From positions 4,340,001 to 4,404,000 of the forward strand of contig OU015568.1 in the NCBI GenBank assembly GCA_907165135.1: a stretch of 64,000 bases of DNA, written 5' to 3'. A program made the translations under genes and the position numbers. Under the pieces are notes generated by a model, which saw only the letters and a program-made list of their open reading frames with translations, searched no databases and was not told the DNA's origin. The DNA comes from Oikopleura dioica. Its lineage: Eukaryota; Animalia; Chordata. The number at the start of each line of letters is the position of its first letter. Position 1 is the stretch's first letter. This document shows, one piece after another, positions 1 through 11,200 of this stretch.

Positions 1-2
1 GG

Positions 3-1167
3 TTGCCATTTTTGATTCAGTTTCTTTTCGCTTTTCTGACTTTTCCGTTTCTCTTTGGTTATCCGAAAGTGCTACCAGAAGCGCCAGAGAGGAAGAGGAG
101 TGAGAAGACGGATTTCTGGAGCGAATTCAAAGCGACTAAAGTTGTCTTGAAAAATGCTTGTTGGTGGTTTTGCTCGTTTGGTGCAATTTGTGATACTTTC
201 ACAACGGCTGCTCTGATGGGCTACGGAATGAAATTTCTCCAAGAAACATATTCCATTTCCGCTTCTGTCGCTGGACTTTGCGGTGGCTTGTGCGCTGTTG
301 GAGGTCTTATTGGCTGTCTGATTCCGATTCCTTTTGGAACTTTCAAATTGCAAAGCTACAAGTTGCTCTTTATCTGCTTTTTGACCTCTGTCGCCACATT
401 GGTTGTTTATTTGCCGAGTTTGTACCGATTTCCTTGCGACAATCAGGAAATTTACGGTGTTTTCGATTCAAGTGGAAATCCAATCGGCTCTGAAGAGGCT
501 GATTTATCCTCTTGCCTTTCGGGATGTTCCTGTAAAAATGAAATTTTCGAACCAGTTTGTAACGAGGAATCGGCCGTAACTTACTTTTCTCCTTGCCATG
601 CTGGTTGTCTCGATTCAAATTTGACCGATTGCCAATGCAACGATTATCAAGTCTCGAAATCTCTTACCGATGGTTTTTGTGAAAACGCGATTGAATGTGA
701 TTCGCTTTTGAAAATTTCACTTTGCTTCGTTTTCGTTTTTGCGTTTTTATATGTTCCATTGCCGCTCGTTCCGGTAATTTTCATTATTGTGAAAATTTGA
801 CCTTTTGATTTCAGACAGCTTATTTGCGTCAATTCAACTCCGACGAAAAACCAGCAGCAACGAGCTTGAACCTCATCCTCACCCGCTTGCTCGGAAGCAT
901 CCCCGCTCCAATCATCGTTGGCGCTGTCATCGACGAAGCCTGCGTTGTTTGGAGCGAAACAAAAGATGGCTCTGATGGAAATTGCTTGATTTATGATAAC
1001 AGGCAGCTTGTTCATGCATTTTCTGTCCTCCGTAAGAAAATTTTTTGACTATAAAAATTTAAGAACTGGATTTTCTAGCACTGACGATGAAAGCCACTGC
1101 TGGACTGTGCTATCTCATCGCTTCGTATTTTGCGAGAAAGAATGATCTTATGAAAATTGAGAATTAA
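3..1167 (+). CDS. Organic anion transporting polypeptide (OATP/SLCO family), 3' part; exons ~3-773, 815-1031, 1079-1167
   Basis: Cys-rich Kazal-like loop (CSCKNEIFEPVCNEESAVTYFSPCHAGC) and OATP C-terminal signature RLLGSIPAPIIVGAVIDEACVVW...GNCLIYD; GT-AG introns of 41 and 47 bp keep the frame; gene begins before the window. Confidence 0.92.
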
Positions 1168-1420
1168 ACGATTCAAAAAGAGATTGATAAAAGAAAAGAT
1201 TCTACTCAAAAAATTGAACCTAATAAAGAAACATCATTTTAACTGAGAAGAATTAGAATTGTCCATGTAACATGGATCATGTTTTGTTTTTTGTTATTTA
1301 TTACAGATCATGAATACATGTGAAATACATCGATAGTTGTTTCGAGGATATGGAAATTTGAAGATGTAATGAGTTTTTTCTCATTGTTCATAAGACGGTC
1401 TGTTCTTCATAGTGAAGCAG

Positions 1421-3091
1421 CTAGTGGATTTGCGCGTATCTTGCATCACCAAATAGTTCACCATTCTGAAAGATCATTTGATTTCGACAAAATTTTGCAG
1501 CTTACGAATCTAGTTGCGCTTTTTGGCCGGTTAAATCTCTCTTGCTGAATGTTCATTGAATAACTGGACATGATCGAATAGTAAAAGACCGGCGCGTTCA
1601 CGCAAATTTCACTTTCGAGCATCGACATTATTTCAAATCTGAGGCTTTCGAATTTTTCCCCACAGGAATCTTCGAATTCTTCTCTCATTAGTTGGTCCAT
1701 CTCGACTTGCGAAACAATCGGGATCAGTCCTTTTCGCGCGAAGGATTTGCCGACGCCTTCAATCAGCGAGATCTCAGACGGAGGAGCGGCAATGTAAATG
1801 AAGTCGAATTCCTCTTCAAGACTGGACAGGTACGCCTCGATCTCATCCGAAAGCTTCTCGGAATCGCGCATGATCTCGAAGTCTTCGCAAATTTTAAAAT
1901 CCGGTCTTCGTTTGCACTGCTCTTCTTTCCAGTCTTTTTCGTCGTATCGCCAGTGGACGGCCATGAAATGAGGTGATTCTTTTTCTCCGCCGTATTTTCG
2001 GATGAATCTTTCGACGATTCTTTTGATGTGTTTTGGTCGTTCAGTGTGTCTTAAATATTCTTTTAGACAAGACCTCAAGGACCTCCCACCCCCGTTTTCC
2101 GGGGGCCAAATAAAACATCAATAACTTACTGTACGATGTCTCTTGCGATTGCCCCATCTTCAGTTGGATGTCTAACGAGATGCATTAGCTGAACACTTTC
2201 GTAGGGAAATCCCGTCCCTGCGCATTTCGTCCCCTCTTCTTTTTCGAAAAGTCTTTGAACCATACCCTGGCTATTCATCCTCAAAACTCTTCGAATCGCA
2301 AGATCCTTTTCTCGTTCATGGTTTTCTCCATACGCCTCGTCGATTTGTTCCCGATTGGGGACAATTTTATCAGTTTGGGTTTTGTCTTCGCAGATGTTTT
2401 GAGTGTTGAAATTGACTGGTAGATTCATCGCCTCCTGGGTTGCTTGAAGTCGGGGAGGGTTTTCGCCAAAAGGACAAATTACTTGAGCGCGGAAGATTTT
2501 TCTAATCCAGTTGGACACACGCTTGGGGCATCTTTCGTCAAAATGACTTGAAAAGGATCAATTTTTTCAAGTTTCCCAAATGAGGTCTTCAAATAAATCC
2601 TTTCCTGGAATCAGCTCTCTTAATTTTCCGACATCAATTCTTTGCTCAAAATCTACCACGGCCGTATTTGACCCATTCGAAGTCGGATCGCCCCGATCGT
2701 GCTTGAAAAAAGGTGGCAAAATAAGCGTCCTGTTCAGCGCGATTGCCATAAAGATTGTTTCCCGAAGCGAGTAGATCTGGTTATTCGGCCCTCGTGAGAC
2801 AAAAGCAGTTATGAATTTGTCCGGATCGAGTTGGTATTTTGGCTGGATTTCGTTTTCCATCGAAAATCCGACATTCAACCGGCAAAACTGGTCGTTTTCT
2901 TGGCTCATGATTTTCATCTGTTTCTCTTCCAGCGTTATGGACAGCATCGCATTCTGATCTTCTTTAATTTCTTCAACTATTGCGTTTCTTCTTTCTCTCT
3001 CTGTCTTCGGAATAATCCGTCTTCCGAAGAAAAAGCAAAAAATGCAAAAACTCAGTAGTGCTGCGAAACGTGTTTTGTGGATAGTCTTCAT
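1421..3091 (-). CDS. GDP-fucose protein O-fucosyltransferase (O-FucT/POFUT-like) family, type II membrane protein, multi-exon
   Basis: N-terminal anchor (RFAALLSFCIFCFFFGRR), GPNNQIYSLRETIFMAIALNRTLILPPF, AVHWRY, FIYIA, EICVNAPVFYYSIMSSYSMNIQQER; ORFs 2567-3091, 2126-2518 and 1458-2078 joined by short introns. Confidence 0.8.
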
Positions 3092-3314
3092 CTTCCTGAA
3101 TTGAAAAATTATAAAAATGATGGTTTTAATACTGCACGAAAAAGCCTCTGGTCAAATTCTTTTCGTGAAAGTTGATGTTGCCGTTCAAGCAAGTCACTTG
3201 ATAAGACAACGACAATATAAACGATCACGCGTTCCAGTATAAACAACAAGTCTCGTAACATATGTTTTGTCTCATAACATGAACACGGAATACTATTCAA
3301 AGTCAGCTCCAAGT

Positions 3315-3769
3315 GGGTGGCGGGCGGCCAGGTTCACAATCGGTTGGTTCACAATGTTGTGAACCTGGTTCACAATTTCGGTCAAAAAAGTGACTCAAAT
3401 AAATCGGTTGTAGAGAAAGCTCATACCGTCAAACATGAGTTTTTCTATGAAATCAGGCGCGGAGCGGTCATATGTGGTCAATCTTCGGGGTATAGAAAAC
3501 TGTTTCTCCCTAAACCTGCTCCTAACCCGGGGACTTCGCCCCCCGGGACCCCCCAGATAAAAAAGTACACAGTTCCTAACCCGAAGGCCTAATCCAGGGG
3601 GCTTCGCACCCTTGGAACCCCCCCTAACACTAACATTTAGCCCGGTTACGTAACTTACCCCGAAGATTGACCGCCTATGTCGCGCGCAGCGCATACAGAC
3701 ACCTGATTTCGTGCTTTTAAAAATTTTGTGAACCGGGTTCACAATTGTGAACCTGGGCGCCCTACACCC
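3315..3769. mobile_element. MITE, 455 bp, ~26-bp imperfect TIRs, 8-bp TSD CTCCAAGT
   Basis: Left GGGTGGCGGGCGGCCAGGTTCACAAT vs reverse complement of right end GGGTGTAGGGCGCCCAGGTTCACAAT; CTCCAAGT at 3307-3314 and 3770-3777; subterminal GTTCACAA/TTGTGAAC repeats. Confidence 0.85.
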
Positions 3770-4230
3770 CTCCAAGTTCTTTTTTTTCTCTTAAAATTGA
3801 AAAAACAGCAGAAAAATATTCTTTTACGAAAAAAGGCTATAAATAGCATCTCTTACTTGTTTAAATTCTCTGTTTGTTATCCCTTACCGTGTTCGAAAAG
3901 GCAGTTTAGAATATGAAAAATGTCAAATTACCTTCTTTTTTTATTCAAAATTTGAATTTTTTTCTTCAGACTTTTGTCAAAAATTCGTAAATTTAGCCCG
4001 ATATCCTGTTTTGGAGAATAACATCCGATATACGGCGATATTACGTAGTTAATTTCCGTCGTTTTTGGGTAAAAATAATTTGCCGATAAAAGCCTCTTAA
4101 ATTTTTTTTTCGCAGCGAGGGCACAATTTTGGCAGGTTTTATCTTGCTTTTTAAGATTTCAGACAAAAATTTCTCTCTCTAGGGCCTAGAGTCTAGGCTG
4201 AGAGACCAAAAAAGTTTGCTTCAATAAAGG

Positions 4231-4260
4231 TTAAGGGTGCGACCTTCGATTTCCCGAACT
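4231..4260 (+). mobile_element. Solo left end of a TTAA|GGG...CGATT-type MITE family
   Basis: TTAAGGGTGCGACCTTCGATTT closely matches the TIR of the 18955-19014 element (TTAAGGGTACTACCTTCGATT); no partner end found. Confidence 0.45.
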
Positions 4261-5268
4261 TGATGCTTGTATAACTCTGAACTGTAAGCTCACGGAATCC
4301 TCAAAAGTGGCCCTAACGTAGATCAATACTGGAACTAAAATCTGTCAGAGCTTTCTTTTGAGTAATCGACAAAAAGCCGTGTGAAATTTCACTCAAAATA
4401 GTCAATTATTTGAAAATAGACCATGAAAGGATTCTGAAAAAACTCCGCGGTTTTCAGGAAATATTTGACTCAGCTCGATAGCTTCGTACTTAATCGAACT
4501 TACATATAAATATTTATATTTGATACTATAAACAGCACTCAATAATCAGCAAAGCTGTTCCGCTCCTGCCATTGATATCATATTTGTTATTATCTTATTG
4601 TTAATTGCAGACTTACTTGAACCTCTGCGTTGCGATTCAGAAGTCTATATTTCTCTTTTTTCCTTTTTTCGCTGTTCTTAAAAATAGACTTATGAAATGA
4701 AGACAATCGAAAGTTTCCATCGGGGAAACATATAACAAGGCCTATGTCATAACAGAGGTAGACGGCCCGAAAAAGTTGGAGAATGTTCCCAATACAAATA
4801 TACTCGCGTTTTGAAACGATGGAACATCAGTGTCGAGGTGTTCATTTATACCATATCTCTTACACCGAATCCTTAATTCGAATCTAATTATGAGATCATA
4901 AAATGAACATTCTAAACTCATCTAATACGGGTAGTATTGGATCTTCCGAAGTCCAAGTCTTATGTCGGAAAATGCTCTATTACGAGAATCTGCATTATAA
5001 ATTTGTCCAAAACGTCATTGCCGATTTGGCGTAAGGCCGATTCACCGTAGTTATGGTTGACCGGAGACATAATCCTCGTCGCGAAAGTGCATGAGTAGAA
5101 AGCAAACTAATTGTCTATTTTTAATAAATTCCTGCTCCCCTAGTGTCGCCGCCTGTAATTATGTCGTTGAGGAGTCGGCATGGGTTTACGACTTTGGCGT
5201 GTGCATCCACCGGCTCATGATCATCGAGCTTCATTGCTGCACAGAGACTTCAACGACTCGCCGCTTCA

Positions 5269-8200
5269 ATGATAAAGTCGATCGCGACTTTTTCGGCGCT
5301 TGCCGCAGTCGCCAGGGCTCAGGAAAGGTTTTCAGAAGCTGTCTAAGTTATCTCTTCATAGGATTGAACAAGTGGATTTTAAGGGTGAGGAGACCCTTGA
5401 AAAGTCTTCAAAGAATGACAACCTAAAAAGACATACCCGTATCCCTCCTTAACTCCTACCGGTGATCAATGGACGGCTTGGTCCGAGTGGGCTGGCTGCG
5501 ACAACCTCTCCCTTGAAGACTTCTGCTCTTTTCCGGACAACTATCTGGCGAACAGCGTAAGATACAGAGAATGCCGACTGATCGATAGTGAAGATCATGA
5601 GTGGGATCCCGCCCAGAAGTAAGCTTCTTCTCTTTAGTAACATTTTTATAAGATCATTTCTAGTGCATCACAAGTCCAGCCACCAAAGGGCGACCCCGCA
5701 CAGACATTGAATTTCGATGGCCTCCTGACCAATGGAAAGCAGGAATCCCCCTCGAACAATCCAGTCCTTCGATTCGACTCGCTTGCGATCCTCGATTGGA
5801 GGAGTACATGGCCGCTCCTCCTGCCGGCATGCCTGTTTACAACACCGTCGAAGAGCTTGAAGCTGCCATTTCTACCGACCCCGAACTCTTCCGTCCCTAC
5901 ATTCCAGCTCCGTACAAGCGAATCGTTTTCGAGTTCGCTCTGTGCATCAATGTTCACAAGTGTCCAAAGCCACTTCCGTGGTCTTCCTGGAATTGCCACT
6001 GCCTCGGAACTGGAGAGGATAACACTGAAAACCTCCCCTTTGCGGATGTAACGCCGGCCAGACCACCCGATCACGAGTTCAACTTTGCAAGGATTGGGAC
6101 AGAGACGACGGAATCACTTGCGATTCTGTTGGAAGGAGCATTGCGAATAACCCGCAAAACGGAGGCACTCAGTTCCCGAATCAATGTATAAATACGGTCA
6201 ATACAAACGTCTGGACACAGGAATACTACGGCGCCCAAGCAAGGAAGAACTGGTACCAGCAAGTTTTCTTCGGCAACACTAATTCCCGATGGGTTCAAAA
6301 GGCGACGCGAACCGAGACAACAATCTCGATGCCACTTATAGAATCACTCCTTTTGGAGTGAATGGGTATTATGACTACAGTTATGATGTCAACCGCGCAA
6401 GTGATGGCTTCTCAACTCAATCTGGCTACATCAACCAGTGCTTTGACAACAGCAGATATAGCTCGAATACGAATGGCCGTGTGTAAGTCTTAAAACCAAG
6501 CCGGCTTGAGTTCAATGAGACTTCAACAAGTTCGGAAAGCGTAAAATTCACTTCATCACTTCTTCAAACAGATTTCAAAGCAGTTTCATTAACCATATTT
6601 TAGTCGATCCGGAAGAATGTTCGTAAAAATAAGCTTCAATTTATTTAATCGCTCTGCTTTTAGCCGCTTTTTCAAATTAGCCGGCTTTGTTTTTTTACCA
6701 AAAGTTTTTCGGCAACAAATGAAACTTTTAGTTTTACTCCTGGAGAACAGTACGTAGAAAACGATCGTCAAAAGCCAGCCTCTTTTTTAATCCCCTGTGG
6801 ATCTTGAAAATCTTTTTCAAGCTTTTGTTATGTCAAATCAATAATTTAAGTGTTATTATCAAAAATCACTTTGAAATAATCATAAAATTATTAACCTTCT
6901 ATAAGGGATCCCCCGATTTCGTCAACTTTGACTTCGAACTACTTTTTTTAGGGCTGAGCTTTTTACGAGTATGAGGGCTCATTTTCAAGCCCGTTTCTTA
7001 ATGAACAAACTCTAGTACAGAAATTAATTTTCATAAGGGGAAACACCTTGAAAAGACGTGCTGAAAACATTGATACTCGCGAAAAACCCCTTTTTGGGCC
7101 ATTTTCAAAATCGAACTAGTTTTTTCTGCTCTTAGATAGAGCTCTAAATCAATAACAACTTTCTTCCTTGATATCTGATCTCTAGTACAGGCAAGTGATT
7201 CCGTCGAGGATTGTAGAATTTCCCTTAACAAGATGTTTTTTAACTGATTTTTGCCATTTTTTGACTTTCTTTGCTCTCTAGCGCCTTTTAGTGGTTAGAT
7301 ATTTTATTTAATCTTTTTTTTTCTAATTCAGTTTTCTCTAAGCTTTCTAATGAGCCCTTATTCATCTGATTATGTCGACTTTGAAAAGTCGAAAAATCGC
7401 GAATTTTTTTTAAGTAAAATTTTTTGTTAAAATAAGCCATTTTCAAAGCTCTGTCACGGCTTACCACGTGACGGACTCCGTTTGACATAATATATGAAAA
7501 TGATCGCCAGATAACGGAGATTCCAAATATATATGATATATATATGATATATAATATATAGGGTTAACGCAGAAAAAATCACATTCAGTTCTAGTGGGAG
7601 TAAAGGGCTGATTTTTGGAGGAGATGTTCTTTATACACTCAAAAAAACATTTCTGGTCAAAAAAATTATTTTATAAAGCCCCGGGCGATTCTAGAGGCCG
7701 CCGAAAAGTCCGAAAAATCTATTTTCCGAGCGAAGTAAGCTCAAGAGTCGTGAGTTGGCTTAGTCGACGCGCCGTGTCGAGCTGATCATTTTCCAGCAAA
7801 AAAATTTAGTAACGGAGTCCCGGTTGGCCCGCAATCATCATTTTAAAACAATTTTTTTTTGTTTTTACTAGGAATGAGGTCCTCCGGAGGACTTTTTGCT
7901 GGAAGAATGAGAGATCTTGTGGATCAATCATTCTCATTCATAGAATCTAATGTGCATTGACCAAATTGAAATTATTTTAAAAACTATCGATAAAAACCAT
8001 AACAAGACTTTGAACATGAATAATATATATTTTTATATCGGATGGAGGTGGGAGGGGTTGGGGACGGAACTGAGACTGATCAACTCAGGTTTCCCGGCCT
8101 TTGTCAAGCCCCTTAAATTCAAAAATCAAGGAACGGGGCTGAGACGGCCCGAAGGGCCGTCAAGCCCCTTAAATTCAAAAATCAAGGAACGGGGCTGAGA

Positions 8201-11200
8201 CGGCCCGAAGGGCCGTCAAGCCCCTTAAATTCAAAAATCAAGGAACGGGGCTGAGACGGCCCGAAGGGCCGTCAAGCCCCTTAAATTCAAAAATCAAGGA
8301 ACGGGGCTGAGACGGCCCGAAGGGCCGTCAAGCCCCTTAAATTCAAAAATCAAGGAACGGGGCTGAGACGGCCCGAAGGGCCGTCAAGCCCTTAAATTCA
8401 AAAATCAAGGAACGGGGCTGAGACGGCCCGAAGGGCCGTCAAGCCCCTTAAATTCAAAAATCAAGGAACGGGGCTGAGACGGCCCGAAGGGCCGTCAAGC
8501 CCTTAAATTCAAAAATCAAGGAACGGGGCTGAGACGGCCCGAAGGGCCGTCAAGCCCTTAAATTCAAAATCAAGGAACGGGGCTGAGACGGCCCGAAGGG
8601 CCGTCAAGCCCTTAAATTCAAAAATCAAGGAACGGGGCTGAGACGGCCCGAAGGGCCGTCAAGCCCCTTAAATTCAAAAATCAAGGAACGGGGCTGAGAC
8701 GGCCCGAAGGGCCGTCAAGCCCCTTAAATTCAAAAATCAAGGAACGGGGCTGAGACGGCCCGAAGGGCCGTCAAGCCCCTTAAATTCAAAAATCAAGGAA
8801 CGGGGCTGAGACGGCCCGAAGGGCCGTCAAGCCCCTTAAATTCAAAAATCAAGGAACGGGGCTGAGACGGCCCGAAGGGCCGTCAAGCCCTTAAATTCAA
8901 AAATCAAGGAACGGGGCTGAGACGGCCCGAAGGGCCGTCAAGCCCCTTAAATTCAAAAATCAAGGAACGGGGCTGAGACGGCCCGAAGGGCCGTCAAGCC
9001 CTTAAATTCAAAAATCAAGGAACGGGGCTGAGACGGCCCGAAGGGCCGTCAAGCCCCTTAAATTCAAAAATCAAGGAACGGGGCTGAGACGGCCCGAAGG
9101 GCCGTCAAGCCCTTAAATTCAAAAATCAAGGAACGGGGCTGAGACGGCCCGAAGGGCCGTCAAGCCCCTTAAATTCAAAAATCAAGGAACGGGGCTGAGA
9201 CGGCCCGAAGGGCCGTCAAGCCCCTTAAATTCAAAAATCAAGGAACGGGGCTGAGACGGCCCGAAGGGCCGTCAAGCCCCTTAAATTCAAAATCAAGGAA
9301 CGGGGCTGAGACGGCCCGAAGGGCCGTCAAGCCCTTAAATTCAAAAATCAAGGAACGGGGCTGAGACGGCCCGAAGGGCCGTCAAGCCCCTTAAATTCAA
9401 AAATCAAGGAACGGGGCTGAGACGGCCCGAAGGGCCGTCAAGCCCTTAAATTCAAAATCAAGGAACGGGGCTGAGACGGCCCGAAGGGCCGTCAAGCCCC
9501 TTAAATTCAAAAATCAAGGAACGGGGCTGAGACGGCCCGAAGGGCCGTCAAGCCCCTTAAATTCAAAAATCAAGGAACGGGGCTGAGACGGCCCGAAGGG
9601 CCGTCAAGCCCCTTAAATTCAAAAATCAAGGAACGGGGCTGAGACGGCCCGAAGGGCCGTCAAGCCCCTTAAATTCAAAAATCAAGGAACGGGGCTGAGA
9701 CGGCCCGAAGGGCCGTCAAGCCCCTTAAATTCAAAAATCAAGGAACGGGGCTGAGACGGCCCGAAGGGCCGTCAAGCCCTTAAATTCAAAATCAAGGAAC
9801 GGGGCTGAGACGGCCCGAAGGGCCGTCAAGCCCTTAAATTCAAAATCAAGGAACGGGGCTGAGACGGCCCGAAGGGCCGTCAAGCCCTTAAATTCAAAAA
9901 TCAAGGAACGGGGCTGAGACGGCCCGAAGGGCCGTCAAGCCCTTAAATTCAAAAATCAAGGAACGGGGCTGAGACGGCCCGAAGGGCCGTCAAGCCCCTT
10001 AAATTCAAAAATCAAGGAACGGGGCTGAGACGGCCCGAAGGGCCGTCAAGCCCCTTAAATTCAAAAATCAAGGAACGGGGCTGAGACGGCCCGAAGGGCC
10101 GTCAAGCCCTTAAATTCAAAAATCAAGGAACGGGGCTGAGACGGCCCGAAGGGCCGTCAAGCCCCTTAAATTCAAAAATCAAGGAACGGGGCTGAGACGG
10201 CCCGAAGGGCCGTCAAGCCCCTTAAATTCAAAAATCAAGGAACGGGGCTGAGACGGCCCGAAGGGCCGTCAAGCCCTTAAATTCAAAAATCAAGGAACGG
10301 GGCTTCCAGCAGGAAATTTCTTCCAGCTTCCGAGGTCCTCCAAGATCCTCCAAAGGACCACGTGATTAAATTTTATATCAATTTATTATAAACGTCAATA
10401 AAAGTTTTCAAAGAGCTTAATGGATTTGTCTTCCACCAGTTAAAAGTCCTCCGGAGGACTTTCACATTGATAAAAACAAACAAATTTTGAATTAAAAATG
10501 TAAATTTCTAGTGATCCCGTTAGAGTTTTTTCTTCGTTACTAATTTTTTAGATGTAAAGAGGTCCAAGGAATAAGCCTAAATTGATTTTAACTTATAAAC
10601 CCTTTTTTCTGGCTTCGCTAGTCAATTTTATCTTTTGAGAGCCAAAAAGGTTGAAAACATGGAGAAAATTCCTTGAAAAAAATTTAATTAAGAAGTTTTG
10701 CATGATCTTTTATCATGCCAAGTTTCAATTCTACCGAGCTTGCAGAAAAAAGTTGATTTTTTTGTGCGTTCACCCTAATAATATATCACACGAAAGCTCT
10801 CGAGGATATTTTTCAAATCGGGAGGGGATCCCATAAATGAGGTGCTATTCATAACCCTCGCTGATCAAAACTAACAATCAACATCGGTGAGCTTCCAAAA
10901 TTCTAATTCTTCCTTAGTCTCAACTTTTTGATGAACTACGCCGACATCCGAAACGACGTCGAGTACGGTTACCAAGAGATGACCTGCCAAAACGTCGCTG
11001 CCCAATGGAGCAACTGGAGCGCTTGGGGTCGATGCTCTCAATCCTGCGCTGGAGGGGTTACCCAACGAACCAGATCATGCGTCTCAGGTGGCGTCGTTGC
11101 CAACGATCTCGCCGGCAACGCAGGATGTGGTTGCCCCGGAAGCGCAACAGAATCACAGCCCTGTAATACCTTCTGCTGTCCCGTTTGGCAAATCTGTACA

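Noticed and set aside
3317-3775. ORFs 3317-3592 (+) and 3395-3775 (-)
   Set aside because: Lie inside a TIR/TSD-bounded MITE; no protein features
8103-10304. CRISPR array (palindromic repeats at regular spacing)
   Set aside because: No unique spacers (the whole unit repeats), no cas genes, eukaryotic context
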